64,000 bases of DNA from Oscillospiraceae bacterium. GTDB lineage: Bacteria; Bacillota; Clostridia; Oscillospirales; Oscillospiraceae. Each line of letters begins with the position of its first letter. The first letter of the stretch is position 1. The stretch lies in the NCBI GenBank assembly GCA_009781855.1, contig WQUY01000002.1, positions 10,017-74,016 on the forward strand, written 5' to 3'. Below are positions 31,303-40,381 of this stretch, one piece after another. The notes under the pieces are model-generated. The model was not told the DNA's origin. It made no database searches and worked only from the letters and a program-made list of their open reading frames with translations. The translations under genes and the position numbers were made by a program.

Positions 31303-31744
31303 TCCTAATCGTTATCTATTTTAAAACAGCTCGTAGCATGGACTGCTGTCAGTGGAACACACGGAAGTGATAACCTACAAGACCGGTGTCATGGGTGTCA
31401 ATCACGATTCTGTGCGACCTAGAGCAACACATTCTAACTGGGGGCGGTCTGCATCTCTACAGCTTTATATGCGGACAGTGCGCCGGTCTGACGCACAGGA
31501 AATGCAATAATCAAAAATCAAAGCGCACCCAATTTGCCCTGCGATGCCAGCCTCTGCCCTGCATTTCCGCACATTAAGCCGCAATCTCCGGCGAGCTTTA
31601 ACGCTGGTTGGAGCTCTCAGGCTCACATAAGCGGCAAGAGGGTAGGTAAATAAAGGGGTTTCTTTGTTTTTTTGAGAATAATGCCAATAAAAACCAATTT
31701 GTCCGCTATTAAGGTTTTTGTTGGCAACAAAACACACGAAAAGA

Positions 31745-31779
31745 GCCGAAAACCCTTGCAATTGCAAGGGTTTTCGGGC
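31745..31779. terminator. Intrinsic terminator downstream of tRNA-Ser
   Basis: GCCGAAAACCCTTGCA|ATTGCAAGGGTTTTCGGGC; on the minus strand it is followed by a T-rich tract (TCTTTTCGTGTGTTTT). Confidence 0.8.
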
Positions 31780-31785
31780 AAATTG

Positions 31786-31874
31786 TGGCGGAGAGGGTGG
31801 GATTCGAACCCACGTGGGCTTGCACCCTAACGGTTTTCAAGACCGCCCCGTTATGACCACTTCGGTACCTCTCC
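31786..31874 (-). tRNA. tRNA-Ser (anticodon UGA), encoded CCA
   Basis: Reverse complement GGAGAGGTACCGAAGTGGTCATAACGGGGCGGTCTTGAAAACCGTTAGGGTGCAAGCCCACGTGGGTTCGAATCCCACCCTCTCCGCCA. It has a 7-bp acceptor stem, anticodon loop CTTGAAA, long variable arm and T-loop GGTTCGAATCC. Confidence 0.93.
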
Positions 31875-31901
31875 ATATGAGCGTTTATTCAACGCTCAGA
31901 C

Positions 31902-31930
31902 ATTATACTAGATGTTTACAAAATAAGCAA
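31902..31930 (-). promoter_or_regulatory. Candidate promoter of tRNA-Ser
   Basis: Minus strand TTGCTT-17 nt-TATAAT, about 28 nt upstream of the mature 5' end. Confidence 0.5.
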
Positions 31931-31963
31931 TGAAAATTTTTCATCAAACAAAAATCTCTGAAG

Positions 31964-33094
31964 CTATAGCAGCGCATTTGCGATTTTTGCAGTATCCCAT
32001 GCGAGCTTATGCAACTCTTGTCGGTGTGTTTCCATAGCATGAGCATAAGACGAAGAGCCGCTTTCTGTCTCAACATGTAAAGCATCCATCATGCTTATCG
32101 CTTTTTGAACATTAAAGTCATCAAACGACAAACAGAATCTGCTGAGCCCCATTTTTTCCATGAAAGCATCGACTTTAGGATCATATGAAAGCCCCACCAT
32201 AGGCGTGCCGACGGCCATTGCACAAATAAGCCCATGAAGCCGCATTGAAAAAACATTGTCGGCAATTGCGGTTAGAGCCAAAAACTCATGCGCACTCAGA
32301 CATCGTTCTATCAAAATGGCTTCAGCTTCCATTTTTTGGCGAAGCAAAGCGCTTGCGTTTACATCCTGTGGGAAATGGGCCGGAACTAACAAAATGTTCC
32401 AACCATTTGCCGCTTGAGCATCTAAAAATTTTGCAATAGGCTCAAAATGACGATCATCCTTCCAATTTCTGACAGATACAAATAACAGTGGCGCTTTCTT
32501 TTTTCCGTCTTGAGTGTTTAACCCCAGCTCGCAGGTCAGCGAATGTATAAGATCAGGACTGACATGGTCACGGTTAAGCGCCAGAACTGGGTCGCAAGTG
32601 ACATTTAAGTTTTTGGTGACACCTATCTCCGAAAGCAGCGCAGCCGACCCCTCATCCCTGAGTGTTATGGCATGACAGCGATTGAACACTTTTGATGTCT
32701 TCTCGCGGTTTTTTTGAGTGATAATCGGCCCTACGCCCTGGCTGTAGATTATGACTTTTTTTTGCATCAGTAGTGCAAGCCTGATGATGCCTAAATAATA
32801 ACTCGGACTTCTTACACTGGTGACATCCTGGATTAGTGAGCCCCCACCGCTTATAAGCAAATGAGCCCTAAGTAACGCGATCTTGATTGCGACCAAATTC
32901 CAACGATTGACAGCATCAACACCATAGACAGCACGGGTTTTTTCAGGGTTTCCGGAAAGCACAGTGATTTTGACATCAGGCCGAAGCGTTCTCAGGCAAT
33001 GGATGATTGACATAAGCACCGCTTCATCACCGCAATTATCATAGCCATAATAACCGCTTATGACGATTTTTGGGTTGCTCTTTGACCTACTCAT
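31964..33094 (-). CDS. csaB: Polysaccharide pyruvyl transferase CsaB
   Basis: ...IVISGYYGYDNCGDEAVLMSI... Start placed at ATG 33094 (MSRSKSNPK; GGAG 9 nt upstream); the ORF extends to TTG 33109. Confidence 0.85.
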   Translation of the reverse strand: MSRSKSNPKIVISGYYGYDNCGDEAVLMSIIHCLRTLRPDVKITVLSGNPEKTRAVYGVDAVNRWNLVAIKIALLRAHLLISGGGSLIQDVTSVRSPSYYLGIIRLALLMQKKVIIYSQGVGPIITQKNREKTSKVFNRCHAITLRDEGSAALLSEIGVTKNLNVTCDPVLALNRDHVSPDLIHSLTCELGLNTQDGKKKAPLLFVSVRNWKDDRHFEPIAKFLDAQAANGWNILLVPAHFPQDVNASALLRQKMEAEAILIERCLSAHEFLALTAIADNVFSMRLHGLICAMAVGTPMVGLSYDPKVDAFMEKMGLSRFCLSFDDFNVQKAISMMDALHVETESGSSSYAHAMETHRQELHKLAWDTAKIANALL

Positions 33095-33226
33095 AGTCTT
33101 CATCTCCAACTACATAATTACATGCAAAGTGCGGTAATCTCCGCTCTTACGTAAGAAACCAAAGTCTTCACTTTATGCCAAATCTAAAACAGATACTGTC
33201 CCGGAACAATCCGGCTATTTTGAAAC

Positions 33227-35323
33227 TTATGCGCCGGTCTGATTCAGTCTATGCAGTACTCTAATTTTTTTGAAAATAAGCTCCAATATGATAATTAAAA
33301 CTACACCAACCGCAATACCCATCCACAACCCATGGAGGGAACGCTCCAGAGAAATAAGAACCGGAGTGTGCAGGTGAGCATAGGTGTTCATAAGCGATGC
33401 TTGACCGAGAACACCAGCAATCAGAAGCGGGAACATGTTAAATTTATAACCGAAGTACAGCATAACAAGCATTAGCGGATGGCCTATCAAAAACTCTGAT
33501 GTTCTTGGGCGTACACCCAAAATATTGTGTAGAAGTTGTCTGAATCTAAGCTCGATATCCAGCACGGCATCAGGATTTTCATTACCTGTACGCATAAAGA
33601 ACAAGGCGAGAGCGGCGAGCATAATAAGGCTTAGTGCAAGTTGCCAAACCTTTACATGGCTCTTCACTGTGCCATTAATAAGACCGAACCAATCTTCCTC
33701 ACGTACCCAGAGTATAAAAGGAACAAGAGCCAGAGGTATGAGTTGGGCAATATTAACACCAATGAAAGTATCAAGCTTAACCATAAAAACAGGCTCAGAC
33801 AAAAGCGCCGACATGATAAAAGCGCCGGATAAAGTGAGGGCGGACATAATAAGCAGGTGAGTTATAGCACGAAGTGTGCTCTTTGTTTCGCAAACAGCAG
33901 AGCCGTCAGCTCTCATTATGTTTTTTCTAAATGGTGGCCAGTTGTCACGGTTTAACAGGACTAATATGATGCCAAGCGTAGGTAGAACTATTGCAGCGGC
34001 AAGTGCAAAGAGTTTTCGTATAAAAGCAGGGGCAAAAAACAGACCCAAAGTCCAAACAGCAAAAGCAAAGAGCATTAGAAGAACAAATGGAATCTGCCAT
34101 TTTTTCCTGGCAAAAAACGGTTCTGCCACCAATGCAAGAAGCCAACCACCGGCAGAAATTATACCTACCCCGATTATTAAAAATGCAACAAATGGAATTG
34201 AGAAATTTGGAAGTGGTTCGGGTATGCCGACAGTCAGACCGTTTCTTTCAAGTTCTGCATGTACAAACTCTATAAGCTCCAGATTTCTGTCCATTGATGC
34301 GGCTGGACTCATAAGCCCCATAAAACGCAAGTAAATAAAGCTGATGTTTCGTTCTGTTGCGGCAAGAGAGAAACGGTCGGCGGCGTCTTGTACATTTCGG
34401 TAGTGATTAAGTTCATTTTCGGCAATTGCGTGGACACGCATAAAGCCATTATCAAGACGTGTTGCGATTCCACCAAGACCTATCTGAGTGAAAAATTCAA
34501 ATGATACAATAGGCTTGCCAAGTGTTCCAACATATTGAGCTAACTTATCTTGAATGTCAGGGTCATCACCGCCGCCGGGCATTGTTGAATCATTAAATCC
34601 AATTGCAATCATATTTGGAATTTTGGAAAGCCATGTCATTTTTGCCGAAAGACTTTCATCTGTTACAGGATCCCATGTGCGAATACGCGGGATGATGTGA
34701 AAGCCTATCTCAGCGGCCTGTTCAAGCTGAGCTAAGGGGAAGCCTAAACCAAGATTACCTCTTTCGACCGAGTGCATTCTTGTTCCTATGACCATGTAAT
34801 CAAGAAACTCAAAAGATGTGGGATAACGCTCTTTAGCGGCAAGTTGAGTGAAAATTTGATCGAAAACGAGCGGGTCTCTTGTAAAGATATATGTTCCGTC
34901 AGGATTAATCTGATCTATGAGCGCATGGACGGAATCATCATTCATAGTTTCGAGCTGAAATTTGAATTGGCCGCCGCCAATAGAAATTATATCTCCGGCA
35001 ATTTCCCAATCGGCAAGGATTCTCTCTCGTATAACAATTCCGGTAGCTCCTGCGGTGTATGCCTTGCGCATCATGTCATAAAGTTCCATGTCATGAGTTG
35101 CGTTAGCTATGCGCCAAAGCTCATCATAATCAACAAAGAGGCCTACGGTTGTATCTTCAAGCTCAACCGATGCTCTGAGACCAAAATTAACCCATAATGC
35201 GCAAATCAGAGCCGCAATGAGCAGGACAACAGCTATCCATTTAAGAAAGGATGGCCTGTTTGCTCCTGTTTGAAGTCTATTATCGCTCATATGTTCTCTC
35301 AACTTTCCTCTGTATTTGAACAC
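33227..35323 (-). CDS. Large membrane protein: N-terminal TM, ~330-aa extracytoplasmic domain, ~10 C-terminal TM (DUF5693-like, usual csaB neighbour)
   Basis: 698 aa from GTG 35323 (alternative ATG 35290, MSDNRLQ...). The family name is from memory. Confidence 0.6.
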   Translation of the reverse strand: MFKYRGKLREHMSDNRLQTGANRPSFLKWIAVVLLIAALICALWVNFGLRASVELEDTTVGLFVDYDELWRIANATHDMELYDMMRKAYTAGATGIVIRERILADWEIAGDIISIGGGQFKFQLETMNDDSVHALIDQINPDGTYIFTRDPLVFDQIFTQLAAKERYPTSFEFLDYMVIGTRMHSVERGNLGLGFPLAQLEQAAEIGFHIIPRIRTWDPVTDESLSAKMTWLSKIPNMIAIGFNDSTMPGGGDDPDIQDKLAQYVGTLGKPIVSFEFFTQIGLGGIATRLDNGFMRVHAIAENELNHYRNVQDAADRFSLAATERNISFIYLRFMGLMSPAASMDRNLELIEFVHAELERNGLTVGIPEPLPNFSIPFVAFLIIGVGIISAGGWLLALVAEPFFARKKWQIPFVLLMLFAFAVWTLGLFFAPAFIRKLFALAAAIVLPTLGIILVLLNRDNWPPFRKNIMRADGSAVCETKSTLRAITHLLIMSALTLSGAFIMSALLSEPVFMVKLDTFIGVNIAQLIPLALVPFILWVREEDWFGLINGTVKSHVKVWQLALSLIMLAALALFFMRTGNENPDAVLDIELRFRQLLHNILGVRPRTSEFLIGHPLMLVMLYFGYKFNMFPLLIAGVLGQASLMNTYAHLHTPVLISLERSLHGLWMGIAVGVVLIIILELIFKKIRVLHRLNQTGA

Positions 35324-35359
35324 AGTTTAACACGGGTTTTATCGAAATACAATATATTT

Positions 35360-36586
35360 TTATCGTTTTTCGATAAAACATTTTCTGCGTTTACGCAAAA
35401 TCGAATATTTAGGCGCAAAAACCGGAAGTTTCATTCTCAGTTCCATCATTGCTTGCGCAGTGGAATCAATCTCCTGATCTTTCTTGTTGCGAATGCAGTC
35501 AGCAACAAAGGAAACAGGCTCATTGTTAGGAGTTAAAAGTTCAATTGTATCTCCTTTGAAGAACTTATTGCGTTGGGTCAATACAGCATTACCCTCATCA
35601 TCACATTCCTCAACAACAGCAACAACGTCACAATCAGTCCTGTACATCGAATCACCATGATACTGACCCGGCCCTTCTGCGTCGAAGTAAAATCCGGTCG
35701 AGTATTCACGATGACTGACTTTATTTACTTCGTTGCGCCAGACATCAGGCAAAGGCACCCCGGCGACAGCCGAATCAATAGCCTTTCGGTAGGCATTGGT
35801 TATCACAGCGGCATAGTAGGCCGATTTCATCCGGCCTTCAATTTTAATGCTGGAAATACCTGCGTCTATCATGGCACTGATATGATCGATCATGCACAAA
35901 TCGCGAGAATTCATTATATATGTCCCATTGTCTTCAGTGATATCAAAATATGCTCCGGGACGGGTGCTTTCAACGAGGCTGTATTTCCATCGGCAAGGTT
36001 GTGCGCATTCACCCCGATTGGCATCTCGAGATGTGAGATAATTTGAAATAAGGCAGCGTCCTGAAATGGCAACACACATAGCGCCGTGGGCAAAAGCTTC
36101 AAGTTCGAGTTCTGGCGGTGTGTTTTCGCGGATTTTAGCTATCTCATAAAGCGGAAGTTCTCTAGCTAAAATGACTCTGGATGCACCCATGTCATACAAT
36201 GCCTTAGCGCTTTCAAAGTTAAAAACACCGGCTTGTGTGCTTATATGGATATCGACAGAGGGGGCGTACTTTCGGGCAAGCGCCAGAGCGCCGATGTCAG
36301 ACACAATCACTGCATCTGCACCGGCATCTGATATTTCTTCAAGGAATTTTGGAAGACAACGCACGTCCTCATTGTTGAGGACGCTGTTGCATGTAATATA
36401 TGTTTTTGCACCATGATTATGACAGAGATTTACCGCTTCGGCCAACTCATCGGAGCCAAAGTTTCCGGCAGATGCGCGGAGGCCAAAACGCAAGCCGCCA
36501 AGGTAGACAGCGTCAGCGCCGTAGGTTAGAGCCATGATGAGTTGTTCAAAATCCCGTGCAGGAGACAGAAGTTCAGGGTTAGTCAT
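35360..36586 (-). CDS. Peptidase U32 family protein
   Basis: 408 aa, MTNPELLSPARDFEQLIMALTYGADAVYLGG...; synteny mltG-U32 as in Bacillus yrrL-yrrNO. Confidence 0.88.
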   Translation of the reverse strand: MTNPELLSPARDFEQLIMALTYGADAVYLGGLRFGLRASAGNFGSDELAEAVNLCHNHGAKTYITCNSVLNNEDVRCLPKFLEEISDAGADAVIVSDIGALALARKYAPSVDIHISTQAGVFNFESAKALYDMGASRVILARELPLYEIAKIRENTPPELELEAFAHGAMCVAISGRCLISNYLTSRDANRGECAQPCRWKYSLVESTRPGAYFDITEDNGTYIMNSRDLCMIDHISAMIDAGISSIKIEGRMKSAYYAAVITNAYRKAIDSAVAGVPLPDVWRNEVNKVSHREYSTGFYFDAEGPGQYHGDSMYRTDCDVVAVVEECDDEGNAVLTQRNKFFKGDTIELLTPNNEPVSFVADCIRNKKDQEIDSTAQAMMELRMKLPVFAPKYSILRKRRKCFIEKR

Positions 36587-36623
36587 TAAATGCTACCTAA
36601 TTCTTAAAATAATAATAGATGCA

Positions 36624-36659
36624 GCCGCCGTTAGGCGATGGGGCTTGATTCCCGGCAGC
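36624..36659 (-). repeat. T-loop-like short hairpin motif, copy S2
   Basis: GCCGCCGTTAGGCGATGGGGCTTGATTCCCGGCAGC. On the minus strand the closing stem GCUGCCG/CGGCGGC has one U.G, followed by a U-rich tract. Lies between mltG and the U32 gene. Confidence 0.7.
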
Positions 36660-36729
36660 TTAAAATGCGAAGTGCAAAAATAGTCGAGAGATGTTTATGC
36701 GGATGTTTTTATTTTTGCCTTACTATTGC

Positions 36730-38331
36730 TTACCACCATCTGCCAAACAGCTCGCTACGTACAAAGGCTCTGTGCTCATCATAGGTTCTAAAGAATCTGT
36801 GTGTACCGTCTACATGAAGGGCATAGAAGTATTCATTAGTTTCAAGCGGATAGAGTGCGGCACGAATGGAGGCAATGCCAGGATTTGCGATTGGCCCCGG
36901 CGGAAGCCCAGGATTTGTGTAGGTGTTAAACGGATGGTCCAAATTTGTGGTGGCTGGGATATCTGTTCCTTGAACCGCATAATCCAAGGTTGCATCGATT
37001 TGTAAGAATGGAAAATCTCTTGTGTTATTAAGTCTGTTATATATAACAGCGGCGACTCTTGGGCGTTCCTCATCATTTGCTGCCTCACGCTCTATCATCG
37101 CAGCGACATTGATGATATCGTGGATAGACATGTTCATTTCAGCAGCGCGTGCGACAAATTCGTCCGTGAATCTTCTGTCAAACTCACGCAAAAATCTGTT
37201 GATGACGACAACCGGAGAAGAAGCTACGAAAAAGTTGTATGTTTCTGGGAATAGAAATCCTTCAAGTCTCAGTCTGTCGCCAATGGTTTCTTCATCCAAG
37301 AAGTGGAAGTTGAAGTTGTGGTTCGTGGCAGCTTCCCACAAATCGTCTGCGGAATGTACAATGCCATAATCGGCAAGCAAATTGAAAATTTGCATCATGG
37401 TGAACCCTTCGGGGATGGTTACTCTTCGCTCAACCCGTACACCGGCGCGTGCAGTCATGCCTTGTACTAAAGCTCTGTAATCAAAGCTTTTGTTAAGAAT
37501 GAATTGTCCGGCGGTGATTCGCTCTTCCGCATTAGAGAAGTTAGCATAGGCATTGAAGAGGAATCGGTGTCTTATCAGACCGGCATCATAAAGCAAATCA
37601 GTAACTTCTGACATTTCAAATCCCGGCGGAATGGTTATGTTAACATCCTCATCCTCAGAGCCGAAACCAAGGACATCTACTGCAAACAGCCACAAAATAG
37701 ATGCAAACACCAAGCTGATGCATATTATAAAAGCTGCATATAGTATTCCGCCGATGCAACCGGTGCGCCTTTCACGCCTCAGCCTTAAAGGCTTCTCTTC
37801 GGGAACATCCTGGTACTCGCCGTCGAAATCAAAGTTTACTTCAAAATCATCGTCACCGGTATCCAGCTCCGGTTCCGGTTGCTCGCGATGTTTTGAAACC
37901 TTACCGTTGGGGGATATATCGAAATCACGAACCTTGCCGGTATCGGTAGGGGTGGATATTTTTCCGCTTTGAGAAATATCGTATGAGTGAGCCTCAACTT
38001 TTTCGTTTGCTATTGGTGGAGCTGGCTTTCTGCCTTGCGCAGGCTGCATAGGCTTTCCGGTTTGTGCAGGCGGCATAGGTCTTTTTTTGACTGGCATAGG
38101 TGAATTGCCACTTTGCTGCGTGGGTGCGCTTATTTGAGTTTGTTCCGGCTTTTTTGAAGCAGCAGGTGTGCCAGCACTGCCGGAGCCGTTGTTTGCATCC
38201 TTTTTAGGCATGGAAGAAACAGCCTGTCTTGGCCGTGCCGGTACAAGCTTTTTAGCAGTAGGGGCTGGACTGGGACTGTCTGCTATCAATCTTTTTATTT
38301 CTTCAAGTTCGTCATCAACATTATTGTGCAA
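36730..38331 (-). CDS. mltG: Endolytic murein transglycosylase MltG (YceG-like) with ~190-aa low-complexity N-terminal region
   Basis: 533 aa; single TM ...GGILYAAFIICISLVFASILWLFAV...; C-terminal motif NTYTNPGLPPGPIANPG. Confidence 0.9.
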   Translation of the reverse strand: MHNNVDDELEEIKRLIADSPSPAPTAKKLVPARPRQAVSSMPKKDANNGSGSAGTPAASKKPEQTQISAPTQQSGNSPMPVKKRPMPPAQTGKPMQPAQGRKPAPPIANEKVEAHSYDISQSGKISTPTDTGKVRDFDISPNGKVSKHREQPEPELDTGDDDFEVNFDFDGEYQDVPEEKPLRLRRERRTGCIGGILYAAFIICISLVFASILWLFAVDVLGFGSEDEDVNITIPPGFEMSEVTDLLYDAGLIRHRFLFNAYANFSNAEERITAGQFILNKSFDYRALVQGMTARAGVRVERRVTIPEGFTMMQIFNLLADYGIVHSADDLWEAATNHNFNFHFLDEETIGDRLRLEGFLFPETYNFFVASSPVVVINRFLREFDRRFTDEFVARAAEMNMSIHDIINVAAMIEREAANDEERPRVAAVIYNRLNNTRDFPFLQIDATLDYAVQGTDIPATTNLDHPFNTYTNPGLPPGPIANPGIASIRAALYPLETNEYFYALHVDGTHRFFRTYDEHRAFVRSELFGRWW

Positions 38332-38908
38332 AAACTTGTTCCTCCGTGACTAAGCAATCAACTGCGACATCATGCGGTGCTCTCGGAACTTCGTCCCTGA
38401 GTAGCCGATGCCTGGTAATGCCAACTGTGTATGCATTGATACCGTCTAAGTATCTATCATAATACCCGCCACCGTAACCCAGACGATATCTGGCTTTGTC
38501 GAATATAAGTGCGGGAACTATTATCAAATCCAACTTATCCCGTTCGATTATAGGGGATGATTCAGGTGGAGCGGGAATGCCCAACAGGGCAGGTTTTAAT
38601 TCATTCAAACTCCTGACATGATGTGCTTGCATGATTCCTTTTTTTAAACAAAAAGGGAACGCAACATTCTTGCCGGCGGCTAAAGCGGCCTTTGCCAGCG
38701 CAAGTGTGTCAGGTTCGTTTCCAATGCTGCAATAGAGCATGATGCTTTTTGCGGCGGTGAATTCTTTTAGAGATAGTACGTGAGTTAAGATGCCTTTGTC
38801 CGACAGGGTGATGTAATCGTCAGGCAAAGCAGCAATTTCTTCTGCTACAAGCTTCCTTAATTCTGTTTTTTGTGTTGCAATATTCATAGTATCTTCTTCT
38901 TGTTTCAA
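38321..38908 (-). CDS. 5-formyltetrahydrofolate cyclo-ligase
   Basis: 195 aa (alternative start ATG 38887); ...LIIVPALIFDKARYRLGYGGGYYDRYL... Confidence 0.88.
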   Translation of the reverse strand: MKQEEDTMNIATQKTELRKLVAEEIAALPDDYITLSDKGILTHVLSLKEFTAAKSIMLYCSIGNEPDTLALAKAALAAGKNVAFPFCLKKGIMQAHHVRSLNELKPALLGIPAPPESSPIIERDKLDLIIVPALIFDKARYRLGYGGGYYDRYLDGINAYTVGITRHRLLRDEVPRAPHDVAVDCLVTEEQVFAQ

Positions 38909-38946
38909 AGTTGTAAAATAGGGGAGAGGCAGCGTGAAGTGGGTGT

Positions 38947-39606
38947 TTACAATTCCAATACACGCAAAACCTCACGGTGTATTTCTTCCTCACTGTGTTC
39001 ATGCTCGCCAGAAAAACAATTGACTTTGATCCATCCAAAATAGTCTGCGGCCTGTCTGCCGCTTTGTGCGCTGAGCGCAAGGTAGTTTAAATCCTGCTCA
39101 TGGATGTCGCCTTTTGTACCGGTTTCTGTCTGCCTGCGCGCAAGTCGCTTTGCAGATTGCTCTGCTTCGATATCCATGTATATCACATTGTCGGGCTTGG
39201 GCAAACCGACTAACTCAAACTCATAGGAATATAACCAGCGGAAAAAGTTTTCGCGTGCGACAGAGGACAGTTTTGCGCCCTGGTGTATCGCATTGCTTGT
39301 GGTGTATCTGTCGGTTAGGACAAACCCACCGTCTTCATAGTACGCTTTCCAATCCTGAAGATATGATGCGATTCTGTCAACTGTAAAAAACGATGATGCG
39401 GCATAAGGATTCACTGAGTCCGGGTCATTACCGAATGCACCGCCTAGATACATCTTTATAAGCTCGGAAGAGGGTTTGTCATATCGTGGAAAGCGCAAAC
39501 GGCGAAACGCTTTGCCTTCGCTTTTAAGATGAGCACACAGCAAGTCAAACTGTGTTGACTTTCCACTTCCATCAATACCTTCAAAAACAATTAGTTTACC
39601 TTGCAA
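38947..39606 (-). CDS. tmk: Thymidylate kinase family protein
   Basis: 219 aa, P-loop FEGIDGSGKSTQ, DRY motif LTDRYTTS. Confidence 0.82.
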   Translation of the reverse strand: MQGKLIVFEGIDGSGKSTQFDLLCAHLKSEGKAFRRLRFPRYDKPSSELIKMYLGGAFGNDPDSVNPYAASSFFTVDRIASYLQDWKAYYEDGGFVLTDRYTTSNAIHQGAKLSSVARENFFRWLYSYEFELVGLPKPDNVIYMDIEAEQSAKRLARRQTETGTKGDIHEQDLNYLALSAQSGRQAADYFGWIKVNCFSGEHEHSEEEIHREVLRVLEL

Positions 39607-40324
39607 TTCCGACTCTCCTCAACATAACAAATAAAACAAATAGTGGTAAACTCAGACTACGTTTGAGCCGTTGAGGCTCTTTTATGATTCTATACAACCA
39701 CTCTAGTCCTAACTTTTGGAAAAAAACAGGCGCTCGTTTAACATTGCCAGCAAAAACATCAAGGGAACCGCCAAGCCCTGCACAAAGCGGTACATTCAAA
39801 CGAGAAATGTTTTCCGAAATCCACAATTCTTGTTTTGGTGCACCTAAGCACACCATCAAGAAATCAGGGTTTGCTGCGTTTATCTTGGCGGCAAGTGCCA
39901 CGCTGTCGGTGAAGTAGCCGTCAGATACGCCTGCAATAGCAAGCCCCGGATACATAAGGGTAAGTTCTGCACCGGCCTTGTCGGCAACGCCTGGTTTTGC
40001 ACCGAGCAAAAACACACTTCCCTTTGTCTTTGCAAGCACTGCAAATAGAGCAGACGCAAAATCTATACCGGGAACTCTGCCGCTGTGCAGTGGGGTTCCG
40101 AGTATCTTAGCGCCAAGAATTATTCCGATTCCGTCGGGTAGCACCAAATCGGCATTGTTGATGATGTCACGCAAAGCCTCGTTTTTACGGCATAACCAGA
40201 CGATTTCTGGGTTTGGGGTGACACAATAAGCCTTTTCGCGCTTTGATATTATTTCAAGAGCATTTTGGATTGCTTGCTCCATGGATATGTCGTTAAACCC
40301 TACACCAAGAATATTAACTCTCAT
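39596..40324 (-). CDS. tagA: WecB/TagA/CpsF family glycosyltransferase
   Basis: 242 aa, ...LVLPDGIGI...LGAPKQELW... Confidence 0.85.
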   Translation of the reverse strand: MRVNILGVGFNDISMEQAIQNALEIISKREKAYCVTPNPEIVWLCRKNEALRDIINNADLVLPDGIGIILGAKILGTPLHSGRVPGIDFASALFAVLAKTKGSVFLLGAKPGVADKAGAELTLMYPGLAIAGVSDGYFTDSVALAAKINAANPDFLMVCLGAPKQELWISENISRLNVPLCAGLGGSLDVFAGNVKRAPVFFQKLGLEWLYRIIKEPQRLKRSLSLPLFVLFVMLRRVGIAR

Positions 40325-40381
40325 AAAATCTCATCGTCTCTTGTCCCTTCGGAATTGTGGATTATTTGTTGTCAATCGCCA

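Noticed and set aside
31303-31744. SRP RNA, tmRNA, RNase P RNA, 6S RNA or an integrase pseudogene next to tRNA-Ser
   Set aside because: Diagnostic motifs (GGAAGCAGC; GGGG..TTCGAC and a tRNA-like 3' end; GAGGAAAGTCC) are absent on both strands. Six-frame translation is not recombinase-like. Kept only as a low-interest unassigned region.
36631-36650. AGGCGATGG at the start of motif copies S2/S3 resembles the 5' end of the fluoride (crcB) riboswitch
   Set aside because: There is no complementary CGCC P1 strand or pseudoknot partner downstream. On that (plus) strand no gene follows, and all copies sit at 3' ends of minus-strand genes.
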